64,000 nt of DNA from an uncultured Nitrososphaeraceae archaeon (GCA_963825865.1 CAWGVG010000003.1:64001-128000); one strand, 5' to 3'; numbered from the stretch's first letter, positions 37,503 through 47,956 are shown. Translations and numbers: made by a program. The notes: a model not told the origin generated them from the sequence alone.

Positions 37503-37775
37503 AAACCAATTTTCGATTACCAGGAATTATTGTATGAGGCTCTGCTTACATCAGACTTTTGCAATCCGCTGAACCATGATTTCAAAGACAAGCACCTGTG
37601 GATAAAGAAGGCAACAGGATTAGGGGTAACAGAGTTCTTTCTCAGGTTCATGGCATGGCTTTGCTTGAGAAATAATGATTATAGAAATTGACAGATGTGC
37701 ATTGTAACGGGTCCTAACATAGACATTGCCATCAAGCTAATCAAGAGAATGAAGTGATTATTTGAGCGAACTTGA
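37503..37775 (+). pseudogene. N-terminal ATPase fragment of a terminase large-subunit-like protein
   Basis: Manual translation KPIFDYQELLYEAL..KHLWIKKATGLGVTEFFLRFMAWLCL..*QMCIVTGPNIDIAIKLIKRMK*, with a Q-motif, variant Walker A and two in-frame TGA stops. Confidence 0.62.
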
Positions 37776-37932
37776 TAAAACAAAGACAGAAGCATAATAC
37801 TATTTCAAACAACAATATCTATCTACTTAATCTTTATAGTAGTAAGAATTACTATTAATTTAAGAGAAACTAAGTATAGAAACAATGTTAGAAATGCAAA
37901 TATACTAACAATAATTACTAAGATATCTATAT

Positions 37933-38139
37933 ATGGAATATATAAAAAAAGGAATGAAGCTTGGGATAGCTGCCATCATAATATCCGTTTGTTTATTGTT
38001 ATTAATAGGCAGTTTTATTATAAATACAAAGATGCAAGCGTTAGCACAGCTACCAGACCATTTATACACACCACATACAGGAATTGTACATCAGATTCCA
38101 GGGAGAGTGACTCTTATTCCAGTATCGCCAAATAAGTAG
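37933..38139 (+). CDS. Small secreted protein
   Basis: Signal peptide ending ALAQ and a short mature part. Confidence 0.55.
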   Translation: MEYIKKGMKLGIAAIIISVCLLLLIGSFIINTKMQALAQLPDHLYTPHTGIVHQIPGRVTLIPVSPNK

Positions 38140-38230
38140 AGTCTTCTTCTATGTCTTCAGAACTGAATAAACGAGAATAAAAATCAGGCATCCTCTTCAA
38201 ATACTAAAGAGCACATCAATTTAATGCATT

Positions 38231-38530
38231 ATGGCAACGATAATAGCTTTTGTATTGTCTGTTGTTTTAGTATCATTTTTAGTTGCTGGTTGCTTTGAAA
38301 ATACTGCAAAGATACAACAAGCGAAGGCACAGGATTACAATAATAATGGCACATTGAATGTAGGTTCTCCTCAGAAAATGACTATTTCAGGACTGTCTAA
38401 GCCTCCTGTGCTATCACCCGAAAAGAAGCAAGCGTTAGAACAAGATCAAGCAAAAACTCATCATAGTCCTCAATTGCCATCCTCAGATCAAGCTATTCTT
38501 GGCCCAATACTTGGAACACAGGCACACTAA
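38231..38530 (+). CDS. Small secreted protein carrying a PPVLSPEKK module
   Basis: Signal peptide; paralogous to 53974-54330 and to the N-terminal region of the 2125 protein. Confidence 0.7.
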   Translation: MATIIAFVLSVVLVSFLVAGCFENTAKIQQAKAQDYNNNGTLNVGSPQKMTISGLSKPPVLSPEKKQALEQDQAKTHHSPQLPSSDQAILGPILGTQAH

Positions 38531-39112
38531 AAAGTTTCCTAGTCTTTTTTCATAGGAATAAGGAATAAGTCCATGTGTCATACGTCACCTAGTGATTTTT
38601 CAACTTAATTTAGTTGAAGATATAAGACACCAGATTCAGGTTTTCATTGACACTTATAATATAATAGATAAGTTAAAGGCATTATATTTTAAACCTAACC
38701 TAATGAGATTGACCGACCCATGATCTCTGGTAGTTTTTTAGAAAAACTAAAAGCAAGAGTTCCAGATGTGGAAATGCGGCGATACAAGGATTCTGGCATG
38801 AAGGAAAATGTATGTTGAGTTTCAACTTCTAAAGTCTGTCGCATACAAAAACTACAAAAGGAATTGGAAGAAAAAGCAAGATACTAACGGTAAATGAAAA
38901 AATATTACTAATAGAAACAGAATAATGTGACTCTCCTTCTGCTGATACTGTTGCTGGTAACCTTATAAAGATCATCTATTAGCGAACGTCTTAACCAGGG
39001 CGCCCATATATTAAAGGTATAGGAGTTGAAATCAACCCAAAAAATTTCCTGAGTAAATGCGATAAACCGTTTATATGTGAGAATGCTCAATTTTTTGTGA
39101 GAAAACATTCTA

Positions 39113-39928
39113 ATGGAAAGGATTGTGCTGGACAGCGATATCAGATATATTGATGGAAATGGGAATTTGTTACGTAGTAGAACGGAATTCTCTGTTTCAA
39201 AGATCTTACAATTTATGGAACGAAGCTATGAATATAATACGAAAGTGAACTTTGACGATAAGACTTTTACCACAATCGATTTCAAAACTGGTGACAGATA
39301 TATTGAAGTTATCGATTCCGAGGCTGACGCTGACAAATTGAAACTGATACGAAAGAATCTACCCGAGATTAATATTATTGGTGTTGGTCACTCAAAGTAT
39401 GCGGGTAAAGTGAATGAACTAGACTCATTCTTTTTCTTAAATTCTGATGACGAAAATCAAACTGCCTCTATATTTATAGAAGATCAGTCGCTTGCTTTTG
39501 ATTATGCACATATTTTACCCTTGGTGGAAAAATGTTCTATTCTGCATGGACATACTTCTACTGTTATGGTTGAAATAATAGGTAATCTGAACAATAACAA
39601 TCTTGTCATCGATTTTGGCCATGCCAAGAGGATAATTAAAGAAGCATTAAATATCATTGACCATAAATTCTTTATTAGCAAAAAGTATTTACAGAAAGAA
39701 GATGATTTTCATTATCATATATCATTTGAAGGACCAAAGGGTTATTTCAGTCTGCAATTGCCAAAATTGACAACTTTTCTCCTCTCAGGAGAAGCTACCG
39801 TAGAAAATCTTTCAACAGAAATAATCAAGTTGCTTGCGCCGAAAATGCCACCAAATGTAGAAGCATTAGGTGTGTATGTTTACGAAGGCGTCAACAAAGG
39901 AGCGCACATAATAGCCGAAATAAAATAA
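39113..39928 (+). CDS. queD: 6-carboxytetrahydropterin synthase (QueD/PTPS) with an N-terminal extra domain
   Basis: FDYAH..KCSILHGH, VIDFG..DHK and TVENL; directly upstream of queC. Confidence 0.85.
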   Translation: MERIVLDSDIRYIDGNGNLLRSRTEFSVSKILQFMERSYEYNTKVNFDDKTFTTIDFKTGDRYIEVIDSEADADKLKLIRKNLPEINIIGVGHSKYAGKVNELDSFFFLNSDDENQTASIFIEDQSLAFDYAHILPLVEKCSILHGHTSTVMVEIIGNLNNNNLVIDFGHAKRIIKEALNIIDHKFFISKKYLQKEDDFHYHISFEGPKGYFSLQLPKLTTFLLSGEATVENLSTEIIKLLAPKMPPNVEALGVYVYEGVNKGAHIIAEIK

Positions 39929-39937
39929 GATTGAGTA

Positions 39938-40594
39938 ATGAAAGGATCAAAGGCACTTGTAATGCTGTCTGGAGGGTTAGACTCTGCAACTTGTCTTTTC
40001 TGGGCGAAGAAGAAATTTCAAGACGTTTCTGCCATTACTTTCAATTATTACCAAAGAATTGAAAACGAAAGGAAGGCTACTATAAAATTATCGAATAAAG
40101 TCAATGTCACGAATTTATTAGAGATTGATATTCCTTTTATCAAAGAATCTTCGGAATTTCCTGACGGCCGTCATCTCCAATCGATTCGTGATACCAGAGA
40201 ATCATCATATATTCCTGCAAGGAATCTAATATTTTATTCTATAGGAGCATATTATGCAGAATTTCTTGGTATTAAATGGATCATAGGCGGACATAATAGC
40301 CATGATGGGAAATTTTACAAAGATGCAACAAAAAACTACATACAAAAGATAAATTTCCTATTCAAGCAAGGCCGTATATGTTGCAATGATGAACCATGTG
40401 TAATCGTTCTCCCATTGGTTGAAATGGATAGAAAAAAAATAATCAACCTCGCAATTGAATTAAATGTGCCCCTAGAATTGACCTGGAGTTGCCATAATAA
40501 AGGCCAAAAACATTGTGGACAATGTTACTCGTGCGAACAGAGACTTGAAGCCTTCAATTCATTATGTATAAAGGACCCAGTTTTTTTTACATAG
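39938..40594 (+). CDS. queC: 7-cyano-7-deazaguanine synthase
   Basis: LSGGLDSAT, YIPARNLIF and TWSC..HCGQCYSC..RL. Confidence 0.94.
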   Translation: MKGSKALVMLSGGLDSATCLFWAKKKFQDVSAITFNYYQRIENERKATIKLSNKVNVTNLLEIDIPFIKESSEFPDGRHLQSIRDTRESSYIPARNLIFYSIGAYYAEFLGIKWIIGGHNSHDGKFYKDATKNYIQKINFLFKQGRICCNDEPCVIVLPLVEMDRKKIINLAIELNVPLELTWSCHNKGQKHCGQCYSCEQRLEAFNSLCIKDPVFFT

Positions 40595-40879
40595 CGTACA
40601 TTCAATGCTGCAAGTAGGTGTGGTGGTTTATTTATATAGCTATTGTTTAAATTCGTATCTGTCGAGTGATTTAACAGAGGACTACCCACCTATCAACTAT
40701 ACTTGCACTCCGAAGTATAGCGCAAGGAGATTTTTAGTATTCTACCTGATGTAGATAAAGCAAATCTATTCTTATTCTTTTTTGACAATATCAAAAGAAA
40801 TTATTTAGAAATATTCATCCCGACAAAATTATTCTGACAACTGAATAAAACAACAATAAATTATAACTTAATAGTTTTT

Positions 40880-41155
40880 TTATGATTTAATTATTTTACT
40901 GTCACTGGGAGAATGAAGGAGGGAAATGTATAGTCTATCGTAAAGTCTAGACAGTATTTTTTGCAAAAATATAAAAGTAATGATAGATGGCGCTATCAGA
41001 GCAATCCACATCGAATTCGAGGCATATTCTTTAAACATTTCAGAAGCAAAAAGTAACATTGTCAGGAAAATAGAAATACCCATGCTAAACAAGAAGAACG
41101 ATGCTGCTAATATCAATATCAGAACGTGCAACAACATCAATAATCGATTAGCCAT
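40880..41155 (-). CDS. Small membrane protein
   Basis: Two long hydrophobic segments. Confidence 0.5.
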   Translation of the reverse strand: MANRLLMLLHVLILILAASFFLFSMGISIFLTMLLFASEMFKEYASNSMWIALIAPSIITFIFLQKILSRLYDRLYISLLHSPSDSKIIKS

Positions 41156-41220
41156 TTACAGAATAGTGTAATCATACTAACGTTAATAACCGTATATGTG
41201 CGCAATTAACTAAAATACAA

Positions 41221-43571
41221 ATGGACCCGAAAATTGAGGCAAATCATGGAATCCTATGTTGAGAGACCCTAAAAAGTGGGAAGCGAAGATATTTACGAAT
41301 TTTCAACAATACAGAAACGTGCTTTTGTGATTGATTCGCCACCACCCTACCCCTCTGGGCGACCTTGGCATATTGGGGCTGGGCTCACTACGCACAAATA
41401 GACATGATCGCTCGGTTTGCAAGAATGCAGGATATAATGTTATTTTTCCTATAGGCATAGATAGAAATGGTTTGCCAGTCGAAATTTATACAGAAAAGAA
41501 ACATAAAATCCGAATGCGACAGATGAAGAGGGAAGCGTTCCTTGATCTCTGCAGAGTTGCTCTAGATGACCTGGAAACTGAAATGATTCAGATAATGAAA
41601 AATATGGGTTTGAGTTGCAACTTCAAACAATATTACCGTACCGATTCTGATGAATTTCGGGCTTTAACTCAGAACACATTTATTGATTTATGGAAACGTG
41701 ATCTTGTATACCTGGCAAATAGACCAAACAACTATTGTTCTGACTGCGGTACAACGATTGCTGATGCAGAAATCATCTATGAGGACTTACCTACAAAGCT
41801 TGTTTACATGAATTTTAAGGTAAGGAAACTGATGAGAAAATTGTAATTGCGTCTACCAGGCCTGAGTTATTGTTTGCGTGTCAGTGTATAATTGTAAATC
41901 CCAAAGACGGGCGCTACCTACGATACAAGGAAAACATGTCAGATTCCTATATTCGGAAGGGAGGTGAAGATTTTACCGCATCATTCAGCAAAACCAGAAT
42001 TTGGTTCGGGTGTAGTGATGGTATGCAGTTACGGCGATCAAAATGATGTCCAGCTATTTCGAGAACTAGGTTTGAAAGAAATTGTCGCCATCAATGAGAA
42101 TGGAATTACTACTCCAGCAGCTGGTACCATATTCTAATCTAACGCTAAAAGAAGCAAGGGCTAAAATAATTGAGGATTTGAATACTGCTGGCCTTATCGA
42201 TAGAGTTGAAGATATTGTGCACAGGACTCCATTATGCGAACGGAGTAAAACCCCCATTGAAATTATACCAATGGAAGATTACTATCTAAAACAACTTAAG
42301 TACATTCCAAAATTAAAAGAACTCGCAAGAAAATTACATTCTATCCTCCAATGCATAAACAGATTTTAATTAATTGGCTAAATTCTGTATCAATTGATTG
42401 GCCGATATCAAGACGACGCTTTTACGGCACAGAAATTCCAATCTGGTATTGTAATAACTGTCAAACCCCAAACCTTCCAGAATCAACCATCAGACAAATA
42501 CTATAGGCCATGGAAGGAAAAACCCCCATTTGAAAAATGCATGCAATGCGTCTGTACCGAATTCACAGGTGAGGATAGAATTTTTGACACTTGGATGGAT
42601 TCGAGTATTACCCCACTCTTCATTTCAAAATACAAACGAGGATCAGAAATTATACAACCATCTGTACCCTACAAAAATACGACCCCAGGCCAAAGATATC
42701 ATTAGAACTTGGCTCTACTATAGAATGCTACGTTGTTTCCAGCTGACTGATAAAGTGCCATGGTCAAGTGCGTGGATTATGGGATATGGCGTAGATGAGA
42801 AGGGCGAAAAGATGAGCAAAAGTAAAGGAAATGTTATTGATCCTTTTCCAATCATACATCATTATGGTGCAGATGCTTTCCGATTCTGGTCTGCAAGCGA
42901 AGGTAGTTTGGGCATGATTTCCGGTGTTCCGAGCAGAGAATCGCCGGTTCACAGAAATTCTTATCAAAATTGTGGAATATTGGTAGGTTTATTTCATCGT
43001 TTGATATTATAGCAGAGACTCCTGCGCAACTTTTTGCAACAGACGAGTGGATTATCTCAGAACTGTCAATACTGATAGAGGATTGTAAAAAGGGCTATAA
43101 TGATTTCAATTTTTTTGTACCATCAAATGCAATTAGAGAGTTTACTCGGAATCTATTTGCATCACATTATATAGAGATGGTAAAAGGTCGTGTGTAGGTT
43201 CAACAGATGAATCTGGACATAAGTCAGCCATATTTACCTTGCACAAATGTCTATCCACAATTTTATTATTACTTGCGCCAATTTGTCCCTTTATTACAGA
43301 AGAATTGTGGACAACAATTTATTCTGCCAAGAGTATCCATTTACAGCACGTACCTCAATCACAAATGAACTATAATGAGTCTACAAAACATACTAAACAG
43401 ATTATGGATTTCAACTCGATTGTGTGGAACAAGAAAAAAGAGACTATTTCAAAGGGAACTGGAAAAGCACTTTCTCTGAAAGACTCTATAGATATCGCTG
43501 TTCCTGCTGATTTGGAGCCATTTAAAGAAGATCTTCAGATTATGCATAATTTGAAAAGTGAAAGTAGATGA
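41221..43571 (+). CDS. valS: Valine--tRNA ligase, many frameshifts
   Basis: PPPYPSGRPWHIG, DRNGLP, TRPELL, FGSGVVM, DWPISR, DTWMDSS, QAKDIIRTW, KMSKSKGNV and PFITEELW. Confidence 0.93.
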
Positions 43572-43730
43572 ATGTACAATTTTTTATGAACATTCTTCAT
43601 TCGATCTTTTTGAAGTGTAAAGAGTTTCGTGATCAAATTGTCGTTAATAAATCTGACAACATTAATGAGTTTTATTCCTGAAACAACCTGAAACAAACAA
43701 CAAAAAAACATCACACTTGGTATAATATGA

Positions 43731-44120
43731 TCATTGAGTCAAGTTTGCTCTATTTAAGAGTTCCAGCGTATCCTCAGCGATATCTATTGCGGTGTGTGAA
43801 TCAACATTCGGTTCCAAAGTAACTAAAAATATTTTTTTATGCAGGTAATACGTAATTATAGAAATCTTTTCACGCTCTACATATGCAAACCTTGCTTTAC
43901 CCATACTGTCATCAAATCTTTGCCTCATTGATTTTCGAAGAGCCGTTTGAGCTAAATATAATTCCTCGTTGGTCTGATCTACAACTGAATCAATGCCGTT
44001 ACGCATGCCTCCAGCAATTAGTAATCCTGTATCATCTATGACTCCTGCATAACGTATATCATCGTGTAAAGCAAAGATTGCTTCACATAGTTTTTCGTAA
44101 TCCACAATATAAGTAAGCAA
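43731..44120 (-). CDS. Roadblock/profilin-like thaumarchaeal protein (DUF6659-like)
   Basis: IRYAGVID..G.LIAGGMR..FD..MG..YVEREK pattern. Confidence 0.72.
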   Translation of the reverse strand: MLTYIVDYEKLCEAIFALHDDIRYAGVIDDTGLLIAGGMRNGIDSVVDQTNEELYLAQTALRKSMRQRFDDSMGKARFAYVEREKISIITYYLHKKIFLVTLEPNVDSHTAIDIAEDTLELLNRANLTQ

Positions 44121-44220
44121 AATCTATCTATTGAATGTTGAGTCAATGTTTGCTTATTATAGATTATAACTTGTTAATTCTTTTTTCATCCAACATATTA
44201 AAGTTAGAAATTGACTCTAA

Positions 44221-45355
44221 GGTATGTGGGAGAGGGAGATAAAAGTAAATGTTATTTGAAATAAGTAAAGTGAGAATAAATGATTATTGTAAGAGGAGAG
44301 GTGTATGTAGGAAGAATGGTATATAGCCAATATAAAAGTATGAATAAGAGAATGATAGAAAGCAATATATGTAATAGTTAGAACTATAGGTAAGTGATAT
44401 TGTTAGAATAATTAGATAAGAAGATTAATGATATGATTGATAGAAGTAGATGTTAATTGTAGAGAATAGTAAAAAGATTAAGAGAAGAAGGTATAAAAAG
44501 TATAAGAATTGAATGTAAAAAGATATATAATATTTTAAAAAAAACAAGTATAGAGATAGAGAAAAAGGATAATGAAAGTAAGAAAAGTTAAGGGTTTTGG
44601 TTATGAATAGTTAGTAAATATAGTTAATGAGAGTTTGAATGTAGAATATAAATATAATAGGTATATTAGTAAGAAAATAGTTTAGAATATTATAGTTAGA
44701 TAAGAATTGGTTGATGTAGAGAAAAAGATGGTAAAAGAATAAGAATTATTTGAGAGAGATAAGAATGATGAATTAATATAGGTTGATATTATAAGATTTA
44801 ATGGATTAATAATATTAACAATGGAAGAAGAATATTATAGAAAGTTATGGGCTAAAAGACAGGATAATGAAAGAGATGATAAAGTGATAGAGACTATGAA
44901 GAAAATATATGGATAGAAATAAGATTATTTTTTGATTGATAATGGTAGTTAATTCAGTAGAAGAAATTATGTTATGAAAAGATATTGTAAATAGTATATG
45001 AGTGAGAAATATATCTGGATATAGGTATATCACAATTAAATAATGGGTAAACTATTAAAAGCTTAGAAAGGATAGAAAAGATTAATTATCGAAAGAACTA
45101 GGATGGAGTAAAGATTAAAAGTAGGTAGATGAAAGTATATCAATATATATTGAATAAGTTTAAAAATGGTAAGAAAATATTAAATAATGGTTAATATAAA
45201 GAAGAAAGATAATAAGAAAAGGAGATAATGAATGTTATAAAAGAATAGTAAAAGTAATTAAGATTGATAAAATAAGAAAAATAAAAGTGAAGTAGTGGGA
45301 TAAAAAGTGTAAAGGTAAAAGGGGAGAGGGAGAGCAGGGAGAAATGAAAAAATAC
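44221..45355 (+). mobile_element. Degenerate IS481-like insertion sequence in a cytosine-depleted tract
   Basis: About 20 C in 44221-45360 by manual count, with G abundant; contains a decayed DDE transposase; 12-bp direct repeat GGGAGAGGGAGA at 44228 and 45322. Confidence 0.75.
44340..45295 (+). pseudogene. IS481/rve-family transposase pseudogene with coding-strand C lost
   Basis: Manual translation: HTH SRC*L*RIVKRLREEGI, then FERDKNDELI*VDI, TMEEEYYRK, LIDNGS*F and YHN*IMGK. These match R.E..P.EL.Q.D, DDHSR, TDNG.QF and HPQT.GK in order and spacing once C>T/A is reverted. Confidence 0.8.
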
Positions 45356-45449
45356 AGGAAGACAGTCTCGAGGTAGGATAGAGTATATCCTGTTCTATAA
45401 TAAGAGATAAGGCAGAGGTCTTAAATTATATTTAACAATATTTAGCACG

Positions 45450-46347
45450 TCAAAATTTAACTATATTACGGTACATTTGATATCTTTCCTGAACATCTTC
45501 GTTATTAATCGCAAGCAATTTTCTTACTCCGAAATCTTCTACAGCAAATGCACCCATAACATTCCCATAAATCATTGCCTCTTTCATCCTATTGGCATTT
45601 GTGCCATTTTGCTTAGCGATATATCCTATGAACCCTCCAGCAAAAGAATCTCCTGCACCCGTAGGATCCATAATTTCTTCCAAAGGGTACGCTGGAGCTG
45701 GAAAAATCGTATCACTAGTGAGGAGCAGACGCACCATGCTCGCCTTTCTTGATTATTGCAAACTGTGGTCCCCAAGACATTATCATTTTTGCACATTTGA
45801 TTAAGTTGTTAGTCTTGCATAAAAGCCGAGCCTCTTCATCATTAATCACCACTCCATTAACCTTGCTCATCATTTTTATAATATCCTCGCGTTTGTTCAA
45901 GATCCAATATTCTATAGTATCACATACTATGAGTTTTGGATTTGAAAAGTATTCGAGTATCTTCAGGTTTTGGATTGGGTCATTGTTTGCAAGGTACACA
46001 TATTCAGAATTGACATATTCGTCAGGGATGATAGGTTCGAAATTTGCTATTACATTTAACTCAGTTTTATTGGAAATTCTATGGGAAAGGTCATATTCAA
46101 ACGAAGAATCATAATGGAATGTTTTATCCCCTTGTTTGGTAATAATGCCTCTGGTATCAAGTCGGTTGTCAAGGATCTTTCGATATTCAGATGGAAAATC
46201 TGAACCTACAACCCCGACTATAGAAGTATCTGTAAATAGGCTAGAGGAAAGTGAAGCATACGTGGCTGCCCCTCCCATAATCTTTGTTTCGGTCTTAAAA
46301 GGAGTTCGAGTTGTATCTAGTGCAATAGTTCCAAAGACTGTTAACAT
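45450..46347 (-). CDS. PfkB-family carbohydrate/nucleoside kinase, frameshifted near 45725
   Basis: MGGAATYA, VGVVGSDF, INDEEA, KKGEHG and DPTGAGDSFAGG. Confidence 0.92.
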
Positions 46348-46443
46348 AGTTGAATTAATTTTCTCTATGAATAATAAATGCTTGCCAAACCTATTTTATC
46401 AGCATGATTAAATAACTACTAAGAGAAGACTGCTATTGAATTA

Positions 46444-47007
46444 ATGCAATTAATAGTGGCAATAACTGGAGGTTCAGGTGTCGTATATGGGATTAAAACA
46501 CTTGAGATCCTTAGGGATCTAAAAATGGAAACCCACCTCATTATCAGTGAATGGGGCGAGAAGAACATTAAGATTGAAACTGACAAGTCCATTGATTATG
46601 TCAAATCCCTTGCCACAAAATTCTACGACAAGGATAACATGGCTGCTGCAATTTCAAGTGGTTCTTTTAAGACAGACGGTATGATAGTCGTTCCATGTAG
46701 CATGAAAACATTATCAAGTATTGCAAATGGCTATGATGAGAATCTAATTTCAAGGGCAGCAGGAGTATGCATTAAAGAATCTCGAAAAATAGTTATTGTT
46801 CCAAGAGAAACTCCTCTTTCAAAGATTCATCTTCAAAATATGATAAAGCTGGTTGAAATAGGGGTTATTGTATTGCCAGCGATGCCTGGTTTTTATCACA
46901 AACCAAAAACTATAGATGATTTAATAATTCATATTGTAGGAAAGATTTTGGATCAATTTGGGATTGAACACCATACTTTCAAAAGATGGGGAGGAGGAAA
47001 TTATTGA
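46444..47007 (+). CDS. ubiX: Flavin prenyltransferase
   Basis: AITGGSG, ISSGSF, PCSMKTL, PRETPL and PAMPGFY. Confidence 0.94.
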   Translation: MQLIVAITGGSGVVYGIKTLEILRDLKMETHLIISEWGEKNIKIETDKSIDYVKSLATKFYDKDNMAAAISSGSFKTDGMIVVPCSMKTLSSIANGYDENLISRAAGVCIKESRKIVIVPRETPLSKIHLQNMIKLVEIGVIVLPAMPGFYHKPKTIDDLIIHIVGKILDQFGIEHHTFKRWGGGNY

Positions 47008-47712
47008 TTATACCGAGTATTAGTGCTATTTTTGAAGCAAGTCATTTGGAACATCGACTATTATACAAATGGGGTTTCAGTCCTAAAGTAAAGAATGAGA
47101 TTTGTTAATGCTACATCAAAGGAAGAAAAAGGCAAATTTAGAAAAAAGCTAAAAGGATAATCTCGCATATACCTAAAGGATTCACTGTCGCTGTTGCTGC
47201 TGATTAATCCATCTTTACAATACTCATTGAGAAGCCCCCATTGCAAGTTAACCATATGTGAACAAGATATAATCAACCGAATGAGATGGTAACGTATAAT
47301 ATTTTGCAATCTCGAAACAAAAGAATTATGTCATTTGAGTGAAAATATTGTAATGCAAACCTGACGTAGCATCTTTAGCCAAAATAATTCTAAAGTCTCT
47401 TTCGCTTGCCTCATATATGGTTGTTCTCGGGCAGTTAGGAAAGTTACAACCGTATACTACGACCGTCTAACATTCAGCTCATGTAAATGCTTTTCCAATA
47501 ACGTATTGTAAAATGCTCCCCACCTGGACTTGTACATTATCCATTCCATATGACCGATCTGTTGAAGGTGACCAGAAAGGAGCAGGTCTGAATCCAATCT
47601 ATTGACAGAAGAGGGCTTGAGCTCTCGTGGATGGCCTAATGAGCTGGTGATTCTGTCATTTTTGCCAGTAACCCTGTTGAGGTTGGGTCTGCATTTGCTC
47701 TGCAATTTGCTT

Positions 47713-47904
47713 TTACTGTTGCTCCAATTGTAGAAACTGGTTACACAGAACGTTAAGCGCTACCTTGGTTAAAGCTGCAGGCTTGGGCGATTTTATCTGG
47801 CCCTGGGCAAATAATTTTTTAGCGATATCCTCTATAACGGGGTAATCCTCATTCCTTACCCGCATAGATATGATGACTCCATGTAGTTGTTTTTCTTTAG
47901 ACAA
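47713..47904 (-). CDS. Small ribbon-helix-helix-like DNA-binding protein
   Basis: Alternating beta strand VIISMRV followed by two amphipathic helices (EDYPVIEDIAKKL, PAALTKVAL). Confidence 0.5.
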   Translation of the reverse strand: MSKEKQLHGVIISMRVRNEDYPVIEDIAKKLFAQGQIKSPKPAALTKVALNVLCNQFLQLEQQ

Positions 47905-47956
47905 TATAATACTTATACAGATATTTTATATATAAAAATCTATCGAAAAATGTTTC

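Larger units (their letters stand above)
31570..37775. mobile_element. Decayed provirus or integrated-element remnant
   Basis: Terminase-like fragments at both ends, HTH and AbrB ORFs, a fused type IIB topoisomerase-like gene, internal direct repeats and many broken ORFs. No integrase or att site recognised; boundaries approximate. Confidence 0.6.

Noticed and set aside
44845-45033. 62-aa minus-strand ORF in the C-free tract
   Set aside because: A by-product of the skewed composition. The informative signal is the decayed transposase on the + strand.
44221-45355. Diversity-generating retroelement variable region or simple low-complexity DNA
   Set aside because: DGRs mutate adenines in short TR/VR pairs and need a reverse transcriptase, none of which is seen. 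The tract is non-repetitive and retains collinear transposase motifs.
5357-46347. Mass pseudogenisation or programmed frameshifting of cbiH, coaBC, PPS, PoK, phoU, valS, pfkB and others
   Set aside because: Breaks are single-base indels scattered through essential genes whose motifs are intact, with no consistent slippery site. Long-read consensus error is the simpler explanation.
47061-47705. Short minus-strand ORFs downstream of the RHH-like gene
   Set aside because: Probably fragments of one decayed gene. No family could be assigned with support.
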